DNA from: an uncultured Candidatus Binatia bacterium
GTDB taxonomy: Bacteria > Desulfobacterota > Binatia > UBA9968 > JAJDTQ01
Assembly: GCA_964291295.2 (NCBI GenBank)
Contig: OZ219754.1
Span: 352,001 to 416,000, forward strand
Reading direction: 5' to 3'
DNA: 64,000 nucleotides
Position numbers and translations under genes: made by a program. The stretch's first letter is position 1, and every line of letters begins with the position of its first letter. The notes beneath the pieces are model-generated. The model did not search any database. It worked only from the letters and a program-made list of their open reading frames with translations, and was not told the DNA's origin. Below, one piece after another: positions 20,646-30,127 of the stretch.

Positions 20646-22223
20646 ATGAACGGCACCTTTCGGGAGTACATCGATCTGCTGCGGGCCAATGACGAACTGC
20701 TGCACATACGCAAGCCGGTGGATCTGAGGGACGTGGCGGCGCTCACGGACCAGAGCGACCGGGCACTGCTGTTCGAGAACCCCGCGGGGTACTCCATCCC
20801 GGTGGCCTGCGGTCTGCTCCAGAAGCGCGAGCGTCTCGGCCTGGCGATGGACGCCCCCTACCCCGAAATTCACAAGCGTTTCCAGTGGGCCATGTCCAAC
20901 TCCATCGAGCCGGTGCTGGTGGAGGAGGCCCCGGTGAAGGAGTTCGTGCAACTCGGCGCGGACGTGGACCTGTTCAGGCTGCCGGTGCCGATCTTCTCCA
21001 CCCTGGACGGCGCGCCCATGATCACCGCCGCAGTGGTCCTCTCCGAAGACCCCGAGTACGGCATGAACGCCGGTGTCTACCGCCTGATGCTCAAGGAGCG
21101 GAACGTCACCGGCATCGACATCGTGACCCCCAACAACCTTCACAACTTCACCCGGCGGGCGCTGGAGGAGAACCGCCCGCTGCCCATCTCCATCTCCATC
21201 GGCGTACACCCCCGGGAACTGATGGGGGCGCTTTTCAAGGCTTCGCTGGGAACCAACGAGCTGGGTTTCGCCGGTGGCCTCGGCGGGCGTCCGGTAGAGT
21301 TGACCCCGGGGGTCGCCGGGCCGGTGCCGTTCATCGCGGGCGCCGAGATCGTTCTGGAAGGCGAGATCCCGCCCGAGGGGTGGGTGCATCCCGAAGGCCC
21401 GTTCGGCGAGTTCTCGCGCCTGGTGGGAGGCACCCACCGGAATCCCAACGTCCATGTCAACTCCCTGCTGCACCGGCGCGACCCCATCTACTACGCGCTG
21501 CACATGCCCTGGGAGAATCTGTGGATGAGCGCCCCGATATACGAAGCCGCCGCCTGGCGGGTGCTGGCCGAGACCGGCGTCCGGGTCGCCGCCATCAATG
21601 TGACCCCGGGCGGCTGCTGCCACTGGCACATCGTGGCGTCCATCCGCAAGAGCCCGGGCGACGGCAAGAACGCCATTGCCGCACTCCTCTCCATCGCCGA
21701 CATCAAGTACGTGGTGGTCACCGACGACGATATCGACATCTTCGATCCCGTGGAGGTGGAGTGGGCCATGGCCACCCGCGTGCAGGCGGACCGGGACACC
21801 GTCATCCTGTCCAATGCCCGCTCCAAGCCCCTGGACCCCTCCATCCCGCCCAGCGCCAACGGTGTCCCCACCACCGCCAAGATGGGCATCGACGCCACGA
21901 TCCCCGAGAATGTGCCGCGCTACCGCTACAACCGCATCGTCTACCACAACCAGGGCAAGGCGCTGCTGGACGACTACCTGGGCGAATCTCCGGCCACCCC
22001 CCTGCCCGCGGCCGCCGCGGACGACGCCGTCGAACAGCTGGCGGAACAGGCCCTGGCAATGTTGGGCGAGAAGCGGCGGACCTTCAGCGAACTGCTGGAC
22101 GCCTTCTCCGACCAGAGCTTCGCCACCGTCATGGCGCTGGTGGGCCGCCTCAACGAACAGAAACGGATCACCCTGGATGAAGAAGGAAAGTACATGCCCG
22201 CGGAGGAGGACGCACCACGGTAG
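20646..22223 (+). CDS. UbiD family (prFMN-dependent) decarboxylase
   Basis: AEIVLEG, EGPFGEF, VVVTDDDIDI, WAMATRVQ, TAKMGIDAT; short extra C-terminal domain. Confidence 0.93.
   Translation: MNGTFREYIDLLRANDELLHIRKPVDLRDVAALTDQSDRALLFENPAGYSIPVACGLLQKRERLGLAMDAPYPEIHKRFQWAMSNSIEPVLVEEAPVKEFVQLGADVDLFRLPVPIFSTLDGAPMITAAVVLSEDPEYGMNAGVYRLMLKERNVTGIDIVTPNNLHNFTRRALEENRPLPISISIGVHPRELMGALFKASLGTNELGFAGGLGGRPVELTPGVAGPVPFIAGAEIVLEGEIPPEGWVHPEGPFGEFSRLVGGTHRNPNVHVNSLLHRRDPIYYALHMPWENLWMSAPIYEAAAWRVLAETGVRVAAINVTPGGCCHWHIVASIRKSPGDGKNAIAALLSIADIKYVVVTDDDIDIFDPVEVEWAMATRVQADRDTVILSNARSKPLDPSIPPSANGVPTTAKMGIDATIPENVPRYRYNRIVYHNQGKALLDDYLGESPATPLPAAAADDAVEQLAEQALAMLGEKRRTFSELLDAFSDQSFATVMALVGRLNEQKRITLDEEGKYMPAEEDAPR
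21223..21438 (+). repeat. Internal ubiD segment duplicated at 34658-34873
   Basis: Manual alignment gives about 15 substitutions and 2 single-base indels over ~216 bp. Confidence 0.92.
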
Positions 22224-22457
22224 ACCGTCCGGTGGAGAAACGGCTGCGAACACCGGAGGGGCGGCCGGCGAGCCGGTCGGTCGGAGCCACTACCCGCCGT
22301 GATGTCGAGAGCCTCTTGCATCTTCTTCACCGAGCGTCACGGCTCGATGCCAGGCAACCAGTACAGGTCGTTTCTGCGCTCAGTCTACCGCAGGCCCTGC
22401 GTCGATCAGGACGGATTGCGCAATCCGGTCGAGCAGCACTCGCCGACGGCGGTGCCA

Positions 22458-23231
22458 TCATCCCCGCAGACTCATCCCTCGCTCAGCTCCGGACCGGGTC
22501 ACCAGAACTTCCTGATCAAACCCGTATCGGGCAACCTCGAAGGCGCCATTCGCTTCCAGATCCCTCGGCGACGGCAAGCCGACATCAAATGGAAACAGGT
22601 GAGGGCAACGAAGCAGGGAGGTGGCCGATCGAGATTTGGCATCGTGGACTGCGAACATGGCCGAGATCGCCCAGATGGAGAGAGGCAGGTCATCGACCAC
22701 CCGTTTGGGAGCAAAGCGGTAGAAGCCTTTCTTCTCCCTTTCAAGAAGTACGCCCCAGTCGATGAATGCCCGAAGGATACGCCGTGCGGCGCGGGCCACT
22801 GTTTCGCGTTCGCCCATTTGCTCGCGGAGTCGGCGCTGAACCTGGGCTGCTCCAACGGTTCCCTGAAGCTGAAGCAACCGCCCGGTCGCATCGGCGACCG
22901 CGCCGAAAAAGGGGTAGGCCGCCATGCACATGCACCAGTGCACCAGCATCCGCTGGTCCCCGGACAGGCGTTGAAGCAGATCAAGCCCGTCGTCGCGGAG
23001 CGGTCGAAGCTCTCCCGGAACGGTAACCCAGACTTTCGTCAGGATCGTGATGGCCTTGTCACGGTTTCCCCGCTCGGGTTCGTTCCCGACCGACAACTCG
23101 GCCCGCAACCTGTCGCCCAGCGCCGCGACGATCTCGCTTCTCCGACTCCCGGCGAGAACCAGATTCGCCGTGAATTCCAGCCACTCAAGTCGAATACGCT
23201 GGCTGAAACCGACCTGCTCGCTACGCGTCAC
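22458..23231 (-). CDS. brxA: BREX-3 terminal gene, BrxA-like
   Basis: GFSQRIRLEWLE...HW.M..AAYPFF...ILRAFIDWGVL; GTG overlaps the pglZ stop; occupies the brxA position. Confidence 0.7.
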   Translation of the reverse strand: MTRSEQVGFSQRIRLEWLEFTANLVLAGSRRSEIVAALGDRLRAELSVGNEPERGNRDKAITILTKVWVTVPGELRPLRDDGLDLLQRLSGDQRMLVHWCMCMAAYPFFGAVADATGRLLQLQGTVGAAQVQRRLREQMGERETVARAARRILRAFIDWGVLLEREKKGFYRFAPKRVVDDLPLSIWAISAMFAVHDAKSRSATSLLRCPHLFPFDVGLPSPRDLEANGAFEVARYGFDQEVLVTRSGAERGMSLRG

Positions 23232-25255
23232 GCCGACACCCTCTCGATCTCGACCATCGGGACCACGACCTCTTCGAGCGAGGCACCGCCGTGGCATACA
23301 ATGCGTTCGCCTTCGCGCACGAAGGCTGATCGAGCTGGAGCGAGCAGGGGCAAACAGTCTTCGGGGAGCCCGAGGGCCGGCCACACGACCGCGTCCGGGA
23401 AACGATTGTGCACGCGGGATCGCAGGCTCGGATCGGAATAGACCCGCACGCGTTCGCCCCGAAGGGCGGCGGTCATGCCCTCGGAAGGGCGGCCGATTCC
23501 TTCCGCCTCGATATTTCCGTGGTCCGAGGTCAGAAACACGGCGAAACCGCCTTCGAGCAATGTGTTCAGCAATCCCACCATGAACCCTTCATCAGCCCAT
23601 TGTCGGACTTGGTTGTGCATCCCGGCTGCGCCGAGTTCCATGCCGTGCATGATTCTGTCGACCTTGTCGACCACAAGACCGAGGACGCGGAGACCGGGCC
23701 ATGAAAGAAGTTCGCGAACGCTGTCGATGCAGCCGCTCCCCAATCCTCTCGCATATGTCACCTCCCGCACCGTCAGGCCGTGGTCGGTCCAGAACCGGGT
23801 CCACAACGAAGCTTCCCTGTCCGTGGTCCAGAGGCTTGAGGGAAAGTAGAGTGGGGGCGTGCCGGCGAAGATTGCCTGCCGGGAAACCGAAGTGACCGTC
23901 GGTATCCATGCGAAAACAGCTTCTTCACGAAATCGGAATCGCGACTGACGAAGTGCGAGAATGTCCCGGAGTGCGATCCATTGGTCGAGCGCGAGACCGT
24001 CGACAACGACGAGTGCGACCCTGTTTCCACCTGCATTCGAAAGCCGCCGTTCGAGATACCGCGGCAGGTGATGGACCATCACCGGCGGGTCGGGCGGCTG
24101 ATTATGAAGCCCCGCATAACGGCACTCGGTCCAGGAGCAAAACGACCGGTCGACATCCCTGCGAAGACCGCGCATCCGCTCATTCATGCCAGATCGCGTC
24201 GCGTCCGTCGTGTCCGACCAGAGAAGGCCCAACTCCGCCCATCGCCAAGCGAAGGCCGTCCAGTCGTAGTGCCGTGCGCCGGTATCGGGGATCGTATTGG
24301 CAACGGTATCCATCAGGCTGCGGAGCCGTCGCGATTTGCCAGACTCGTTGTCGTTTCTTATCCCGACCGCCACCCATCTGTCATTGAGGGCGTCGCTCGA
24401 CCTGTGATGCACAGGCGAAAGCAGTCCCTCGACGAACAGATTGTCGATGTAGATGCGCACGTCACCATGGTCGAAAGGCAACTCGACGGGGCCTGCTATC
24501 GCCGGATCGAACGCCGCATTCGCATCCCGAACATGATACTCGGTGTCCCACGCGATGCGGTCGAGAAAAGGGGACCAGTGGTCCTGAAGGAAAGAAAGGA
24601 AGGCTTCCCGATCCGGCACGATGGTCTCAAGTGGCCAGGAGTCGAAGGCTGCGTCCTGGCGAAGCTTATGGACCAGGCACTGCTCCAGCGAGCGCGGAAG
24701 CCGCTGACGCCGGTAATGCTTCCGCAACAGAACACGCAGCAAATCCGCACCGTCCCTGATAAGCGCGACAGAGATTCCAAAGACGTGCAGAAGCACAAAG
24801 TCCTTCGTCGCATCGTCGCCGCACTGAATGAATCCGTGTTGCGCCCGTGCCCGATAGAGAGCGTCGAGATTGCTTCTGTCAAGTGAAGCGACAACAGGGT
24901 AGCTGAGATGGGGAAACAGTTCCTCCAGGCCGAAGGAAAGTTGCCGGCCGACCTGCAAGAGATCGTAGGGAAGGGTGGCGAGATCATGCTTCCCGGTCTG
25001 AAGAACAACCACCAAGTCGCGAACCTCACCCCGGTCCCGGCGGAATCGAAACCCGGTTTCGTAGGCGAAGCGGAACGCGACAGGGTCGTCGAATACCAGA
25101 ACCTCGAAGCCCCTCTCGCGTATCGCGTCGAGGAGGTTCTCTTCGAGCAACAGCGCGTCCGGGTCCGCGGCCAAGGTAAGCCCAGCCACCTTCGGCGTGA
25201 AGTGCCTCAATATCCGATTGCGCCAATCATCGGTCTTCCCGTAGGACACGTTCAC
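23228..25255 (-). CDS. pglZ: BREX-3 alkaline-phosphatase-fold protein PglZ
   Basis: VVVDGL..DQW, PTVTSVSRQAIF, LTSDHGN, HGG.SLEEVVVP. Confidence 0.93.
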   Translation of the reverse strand: MNVSYGKTDDWRNRILRHFTPKVAGLTLAADPDALLLEENLLDAIRERGFEVLVFDDPVAFRFAYETGFRFRRDRGEVRDLVVVLQTGKHDLATLPYDLLQVGRQLSFGLEELFPHLSYPVVASLDRSNLDALYRARAQHGFIQCGDDATKDFVLLHVFGISVALIRDGADLLRVLLRKHYRRQRLPRSLEQCLVHKLRQDAAFDSWPLETIVPDREAFLSFLQDHWSPFLDRIAWDTEYHVRDANAAFDPAIAGPVELPFDHGDVRIYIDNLFVEGLLSPVHHRSSDALNDRWVAVGIRNDNESGKSRRLRSLMDTVANTIPDTGARHYDWTAFAWRWAELGLLWSDTTDATRSGMNERMRGLRRDVDRSFCSWTECRYAGLHNQPPDPPVMVHHLPRYLERRLSNAGGNRVALVVVDGLALDQWIALRDILALRQSRFRFREEAVFAWIPTVTSVSRQAIFAGTPPLYFPSSLWTTDREASLWTRFWTDHGLTVREVTYARGLGSGCIDSVRELLSWPGLRVLGLVVDKVDRIMHGMELGAAGMHNQVRQWADEGFMVGLLNTLLEGGFAVFLTSDHGNIEAEGIGRPSEGMTAALRGERVRVYSDPSLRSRVHNRFPDAVVWPALGLPEDCLPLLAPARSAFVREGERIVCHGGASLEEVVVPMVEIERVSA

Positions 25256-28170
25256 GCCTTATTCATGCGCGTCAACGCCTGATCGTACCAGAGCAGGAGT
25301 TTCTGGTCCTCCTGGAGAACGGCATCGGGAATCTTCTCGGCGACCTCCACAATGGTGGCGTAGTCCCGATCCTGGTAGGCCCTGAAGAAGCCCGCGCGAA
25401 CCGCTTCAAGTCGGAAGAGCTTGAGCCGTCGCGCCGAAGACTGGCGGTAGTCATCGAATTCGCGCAGAAGCGCGCGAGTACGGCGTTTCTCGACATCCGC
25501 CGCCTTGCTGGGATCGGGCACATACCAGCGATCCTTGGCCTTGCCACGCAAGGCCGTATGGTCCTTCGGCAGGTTGCGCAATTCCTTGAAGTTGGTGGAC
25601 AGGTAGGCGTGGATCTGGCTGGGCACTTCACCGACTCCATCAAAGCACAAGAAGTTCTGTTCCAGCATCTCCGACAGCTCGGGTAGCTTTTCGTGCTTCT
25701 GCCAGCCCGTGATCTCCCGGAGAAACTGGGGATGAATTTCCTGAAAATTCTGGGGTTTGTGAGCCAATAGTCTTCTGAGCCAGTCTATCGCGGAGGATTC
25801 GTTGATGACGAAGATCTCCAATTGCGCCACTTCTCCGACTGACAAGCGTTTCTTGTCGTATTCGACAACTTGCTCGGGCAGAAAGATCATGCCGTCCCGT
25901 TCGGGAAAACGCTGGAAGATGCCGGCCAGGAAGCCGCTCACTGAAAGAGGCACCGTCACATTGCGCAGGACATGGAAGGCAACCATGCGATCGAACAAAA
26001 CATGGGGCTGGCGCTCGTTGACGATCTCGACCCGACCGTCCTTGAGAACGAACACAGGCAATTGGGCAAGATGGGTGTGGAGGAAGTCCCACATACCTTG
26101 CTCGGTTCCCCTTGTCAATGCAAAGCGTTCTTCCAACCCGTCGTTGGGCTTGTACGCCGAGATGACGAGATCCTGCTCCACTGCGGTGCTCGTGACTTGA
26201 CGGTAGGACCCCTGTCTCTTGTCCAAGGTACGCACATCGGCGACGACGAAACCGACTGTCAACATGGCTTCCTGAATAGAGGTCCAAACCGCGTTCTTGG
26301 AATTGTGGAAGACGACGGTCATCCAACGCCCGGGCTTTAGGACGCGGCGATACTCCTCGAAACAGCCCTGCATCAGGTACTGATATTCCAGCAACCTTTT
26401 CTTCTTAAATTGATCTATGATGGCTTCCGATACCGCATTGGTCATGATGCCGTGCCAAGATTCAATCAGTAAGTTCAAATCCGCGTAGAAGATATTCTCG
26501 CCGAATGGCGGATCAGTGAAGATGTAATCGATCGAGTTTTCAGGCAAGGAGGTTTCTGCACAGTCTGCAGTTGAAACAATTGTAGAGTTGGCGTGTACGC
26601 GGGCAAGCATGAAGGCTTTATGTAATTGAGAAAGCTTTCCGGCAAGCCTATACCAAGGGGAAATCTCTGCGATCTGGGAAGGAATGTAGTAGACACCACT
26701 AAGAATTTGATTTGATTGAGAACCTTGATTTGCTCGAAACCGATTAAGCAGAGACATCGTTGATACGGCCTGCTCGGCGAAGTAGAGCAGCATATGGCGA
26801 ATTCGGATGTCGGGATGGGCTTTGGCCCGTCGCCACATCGCCGCCAAGGCGTTCGCGGAGCGGGGCAAAAAAAAGTGATGCGTGTGGTTGACACCCTTCG
26901 GGGCCAGTCGCGAACCGTGATACATGTCGTCGACAGGCAACTGACTGGTTGGAACATCCGCCGGGAGGGGAAGCTTCGAGATGCGGCGGACAATTTCAAG
27001 ATCATCAGCGTCGGGCCGCTTTTCGAATGCCTTGCCGTCGATCGTGTATCGGATCAACGCCGGCCTGAAAGTGATATGTTTTCGAACATCACCCGTGGCG
27101 GCATCCAGGTCGGACTCAAACACGCGCTCCAACCTCTTCTTGTTCAACTCAGCATCGCAGTCAGGACAAGGGAAAGTGCTCCTGACCCGGCCGCTCGCCC
27201 GATCTAATGCCTCTTCAAGAAACACGATCTCGCTCGTGCATTCAGGACAAGCAAACACCTCGCTCCAGACGGTGTAGTCGATCCGCCCTTTGGTCTTGCC
27301 GTCGATGTGCCGGGTTTCATACATCCAGCCAAGTTCGGCTTCCACCTCGTCAAGCAGCGTACGCCCGGCCTCGGCAAAGGCATCGACATCAAGGGGCAGG
27401 CTGTAGTTGGCGGCAATGAAACCGGCAAGCGGCGAAAGGTCGTTCAAAACCGTGCGCCGAAGCCCCCATTTCGGTGTACCGAAACCATCCCTGGCCCAAA
27501 GTGCTTCAAGCGATTTGCGGTAGCTCTCCGGCGCGGTTTCGCACCACTGGGCCGCCACACCGGTCATGCCCGAGCCGGCAAAGCCGTCCAGGACAAGATC
27601 ACCGGGCTCGGTGTAATGAAGAATCGACGGCACGATGGCCAGATGCGGCACCTTGGTATGGTAGCTGTGCGCCCGGTAGACAGGATGGGTCTTGCCTTCG
27701 CTGACATCGACAGCGAACGGTTTGCGGCGATAGGGCTGCTGCGGGTCGTAAGCCCTTCCATAGATCTCCACGAATGCGCCCAGGAACGGGTTCGGGCAAG
27801 CCGTGTGCCACGGCGGATCGGACAGATCAAGGATATCTTCGATCTTGCCGTGGGGGAATCCGACCTCATCCTTCCAGCGCTGCAGCAAATCCTTGGACGA
27901 GTCGGCATGAAGCATGCGCTCCGCGAGTTCGCGAAGTCGGGCATCCCCACCCATCGGCCAGTGCTCAATGGCTGCCATCCGGGCTACCGCATCGTCAACA
28001 TCGGTGTAAGGCAAACCGCCGAGGGCCGTATGCAGCTCCTCCAGGCCATTCCTCAACCTGTCAAGAAAATGGGACCGCCGGGCCTCGTCATTCTCGAAGA
28101 CGATACCGAGGCATTCCATCGGCTGGTCACGCCTGGCCTCCAATTCCTCTTCACGGGGCTTGTTGAACAT
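25252..28170 (-). CDS. pglXI: BREX-3 amino-methyltransferase PglXI
   Basis: HSYHTKVPH, VLDGFAGSGMTG (SAM binding), CPEC/CPDC Zn ribbon, YIFTDPPF (catalytic). The start could be 28170, 28236 or 28260. Confidence 0.88.
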   Translation of the reverse strand: MFNKPREEELEARRDQPMECLGIVFENDEARRSHFLDRLRNGLEELHTALGGLPYTDVDDAVARMAAIEHWPMGGDARLRELAERMLHADSSKDLLQRWKDEVGFPHGKIEDILDLSDPPWHTACPNPFLGAFVEIYGRAYDPQQPYRRKPFAVDVSEGKTHPVYRAHSYHTKVPHLAIVPSILHYTEPGDLVLDGFAGSGMTGVAAQWCETAPESYRKSLEALWARDGFGTPKWGLRRTVLNDLSPLAGFIAANYSLPLDVDAFAEAGRTLLDEVEAELGWMYETRHIDGKTKGRIDYTVWSEVFACPECTSEIVFLEEALDRASGRVRSTFPCPDCDAELNKKRLERVFESDLDAATGDVRKHITFRPALIRYTIDGKAFEKRPDADDLEIVRRISKLPLPADVPTSQLPVDDMYHGSRLAPKGVNHTHHFFLPRSANALAAMWRRAKAHPDIRIRHMLLYFAEQAVSTMSLLNRFRANQGSQSNQILSGVYYIPSQIAEISPWYRLAGKLSQLHKAFMLARVHANSTIVSTADCAETSLPENSIDYIFTDPPFGENIFYADLNLLIESWHGIMTNAVSEAIIDQFKKKRLLEYQYLMQGCFEEYRRVLKPGRWMTVVFHNSKNAVWTSIQEAMLTVGFVVADVRTLDKRQGSYRQVTSTAVEQDLVISAYKPNDGLEERFALTRGTEQGMWDFLHTHLAQLPVFVLKDGRVEIVNERQPHVLFDRMVAFHVLRNVTVPLSVSGFLAGIFQRFPERDGMIFLPEQVVEYDKKRLSVGEVAQLEIFVINESSAIDWLRRLLAHKPQNFQEIHPQFLREITGWQKHEKLPELSEMLEQNFLCFDGVGEVPSQIHAYLSTNFKELRNLPKDHTALRGKAKDRWYVPDPSKAADVEKRRTRALLREFDDYRQSSARRLKLFRLEAVRAGFFRAYQDRDYATIVEVAEKIPDAVLQEDQKLLLWYDQALTRMNKA

Positions 28171-28225
28171 CTCTCCATGTTCCAACGGCTTCCAGAAGAG
28201 TCGTCCGGTTCGGCGGTTCCGCCCG

Positions 28226-30121
28226 CTATGCGTCATCCGTCGATCCCCTGTCGCTCGCATCCTTGTCCTTTTTCACGCGGCGGAGTTTGATCGCAACGCC
28301 GACGTCGGTCAGCACATAGGCCTGATGCGGGTGGTTGGGTTGGTCCGGATGGACCATACGGAGAACACCCCCTTGCAAAAGAGGATCAAGATGATGCTTC
28401 TTGAAAAACCCCCGACTGGTCACTCCGACTTCATCCATGATCTCTGCCAATCGACGGGGCGTGTCGCAAAGCCTGACGATCTTCTCCTGGGTCGCCGAAA
28501 GCTTCCAAAGGGGATCTTGTGCAGTAGACAAGTTGTCCGAATCCGAACCCGGTTGTACAATGGACAAGTCCTCCCGCCTTTTCGAACCTTGGTCAGTGGC
28601 GAGATTCGACGCCCCGGCACCCACCCGCTTACCGGATCGATTCGGTTGACTCAGCCGCTCCTTGAGATATTCGGCGACGACGAAGGCCGACGATTCCTCG
28701 CGACCCGCCGGCGAAACGAGCCCTTGGACCGTCAGGTGCTCCAGGACTCCATGGACATCAACTCCAGACAGGCCGGTGACGGCATGTACATCACGTGGAC
28801 GCACCCTGCCCTCACGGCACGCGAAGGCGAACGTCCTGGCCTCGGCATCGTCAAGGCGGACGCCGAGGCTTGCATGGAACAGGAGTTGCTTCTCGGACAG
28901 GAGTTCCTCCTTGGCCAGGATCAGTTGAAAGGCCTTGCGCGCTCTGTCGTTGGAGACTGTCGGCGGCACACGTCCGAACTGTCGCCAGTTGCCGAAGATG
29001 GCGCGGATACCTGTCCCGGCCTGCTCGCTCAGGCCGATCCGGCGGAAGGTGGCAACGATCCTCGGGTTACGCACCTCCTTCTCACCGGGATCAAGCAGTT
29101 CGTCTGCGGATGCGAAGGCGTCGCCGGGATTCCAGAATATCGTTCGGTCGTCGAAGAACCGGATCGTCGGCATTCGGGTGTGGTCTGCGTAATCCTGATG
29201 CATCAGAAGGTTGATCACGGCTTCGCGAAAAGCGATGTAGTCCGGCGGATGGTCTTCGCGCCGCAATGTCTCGGGATTGACAGAGAACGGCTTCTCGGCA
29301 CGCTGAAGGTAGCGGTCCACCAGCGTTTTCCACGAGTTCACGAGATTGGTCTCGATCACCAACCGGTCAACCCAGCGTTCGTTGGACCACTCTTCCGACC
29401 AGTCGCCGCGGCTCCACTGCCAGTCCACGACGGGACGCGGAAGTATCTGGCGAAAGGCAGGCGCGGCGCCGAACAGAAGGATCGCAGCGCGGGTCGGCAA
29501 CAGCCGACCGCCGGCTTCGACAACCAAGCCCCAATGATGGAGAAACTCCAAGTCCGGCAAAGTCTCGTCGTGACCGGGGTTCCGGCCGTCGAACAGCTTG
29601 CGGTACCAACGTATGGAGCCATGGTCGAAGCAGCGTTCAGGATCGATGGCGACAACCTCTCCATCGTGGCGCTCGTCAGCCGCGTCCCGCAGCAGCCGCT
29701 CGATTTCGGCTTCCGTGCAGCGCTGGTCGCCCGCGCCCCGACGCAGGAACGATTGCCGGATGTTGCCGTCGAGATAGACCGGCTTGTCCTGTCTGCGCGC
29801 CTCAGGGATATGGAAAACCAGAAGGGCCTTGTCATCGTCCTCAATCAAACGCTCTTTCGCGGTGATGACTCGATTGAGCTTCTGGCCGGAACGCAGGGTG
29901 CCGAGGAAGTCGTTCTGTACCTTGTCCACCTCCAGAACGCCAACGATCTCGAAGCCGCCGGCGCCGTCACGAACGCCGAACACCAGCCAGCCACCCTCGG
30001 TGTTGGCAAAGGCCGAGACGGTCTCATAAGCATTTTTTGGAACCGCATGTCGAGCTTCCTTGAACTCGATGTCGGTCCATTCGTAGCCCTTCAGACGTTC
30101 GATGAGCTCCTCTTTCTCCAT
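28226..30121 (-). CDS. Schlafen/AlbA_2 + HATPase_c_4-like + winged-helix protein
   Basis: EWTDIEFKEA..VSAFANTEGGWLVFGVRD; REAVINLLMHQDY..NPG..RNPRI..EQAGTGI; C-terminal LDPLL.GG.LRM..PDQPNHP.QAY. Confidence 0.85.
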   Translation of the reverse strand: MEKEELIERLKGYEWTDIEFKEARHAVPKNAYETVSAFANTEGGWLVFGVRDGAGGFEIVGVLEVDKVQNDFLGTLRSGQKLNRVITAKERLIEDDDKALLVFHIPEARRQDKPVYLDGNIRQSFLRRGAGDQRCTEAEIERLLRDAADERHDGEVVAIDPERCFDHGSIRWYRKLFDGRNPGHDETLPDLEFLHHWGLVVEAGGRLLPTRAAILLFGAAPAFRQILPRPVVDWQWSRGDWSEEWSNERWVDRLVIETNLVNSWKTLVDRYLQRAEKPFSVNPETLRREDHPPDYIAFREAVINLLMHQDYADHTRMPTIRFFDDRTIFWNPGDAFASADELLDPGEKEVRNPRIVATFRRIGLSEQAGTGIRAIFGNWRQFGRVPPTVSNDRARKAFQLILAKEELLSEKQLLFHASLGVRLDDAEARTFAFACREGRVRPRDVHAVTGLSGVDVHGVLEHLTVQGLVSPAGREESSAFVVAEYLKERLSQPNRSGKRVGAGASNLATDQGSKRREDLSIVQPGSDSDNLSTAQDPLWKLSATQEKIVRLCDTPRRLAEIMDEVGVTSRGFFKKHHLDPLLQGGVLRMVHPDQPNHPHQAYVLTDVGVAIKLRRVKKDKDASDRGSTDDA

Positions 30122-30127
30122 CGGCGT

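Noticed and set aside
22224-22457. Possible additional gene after brxA
   Set aside because: Only short interrupted frames with no recognisable domain.
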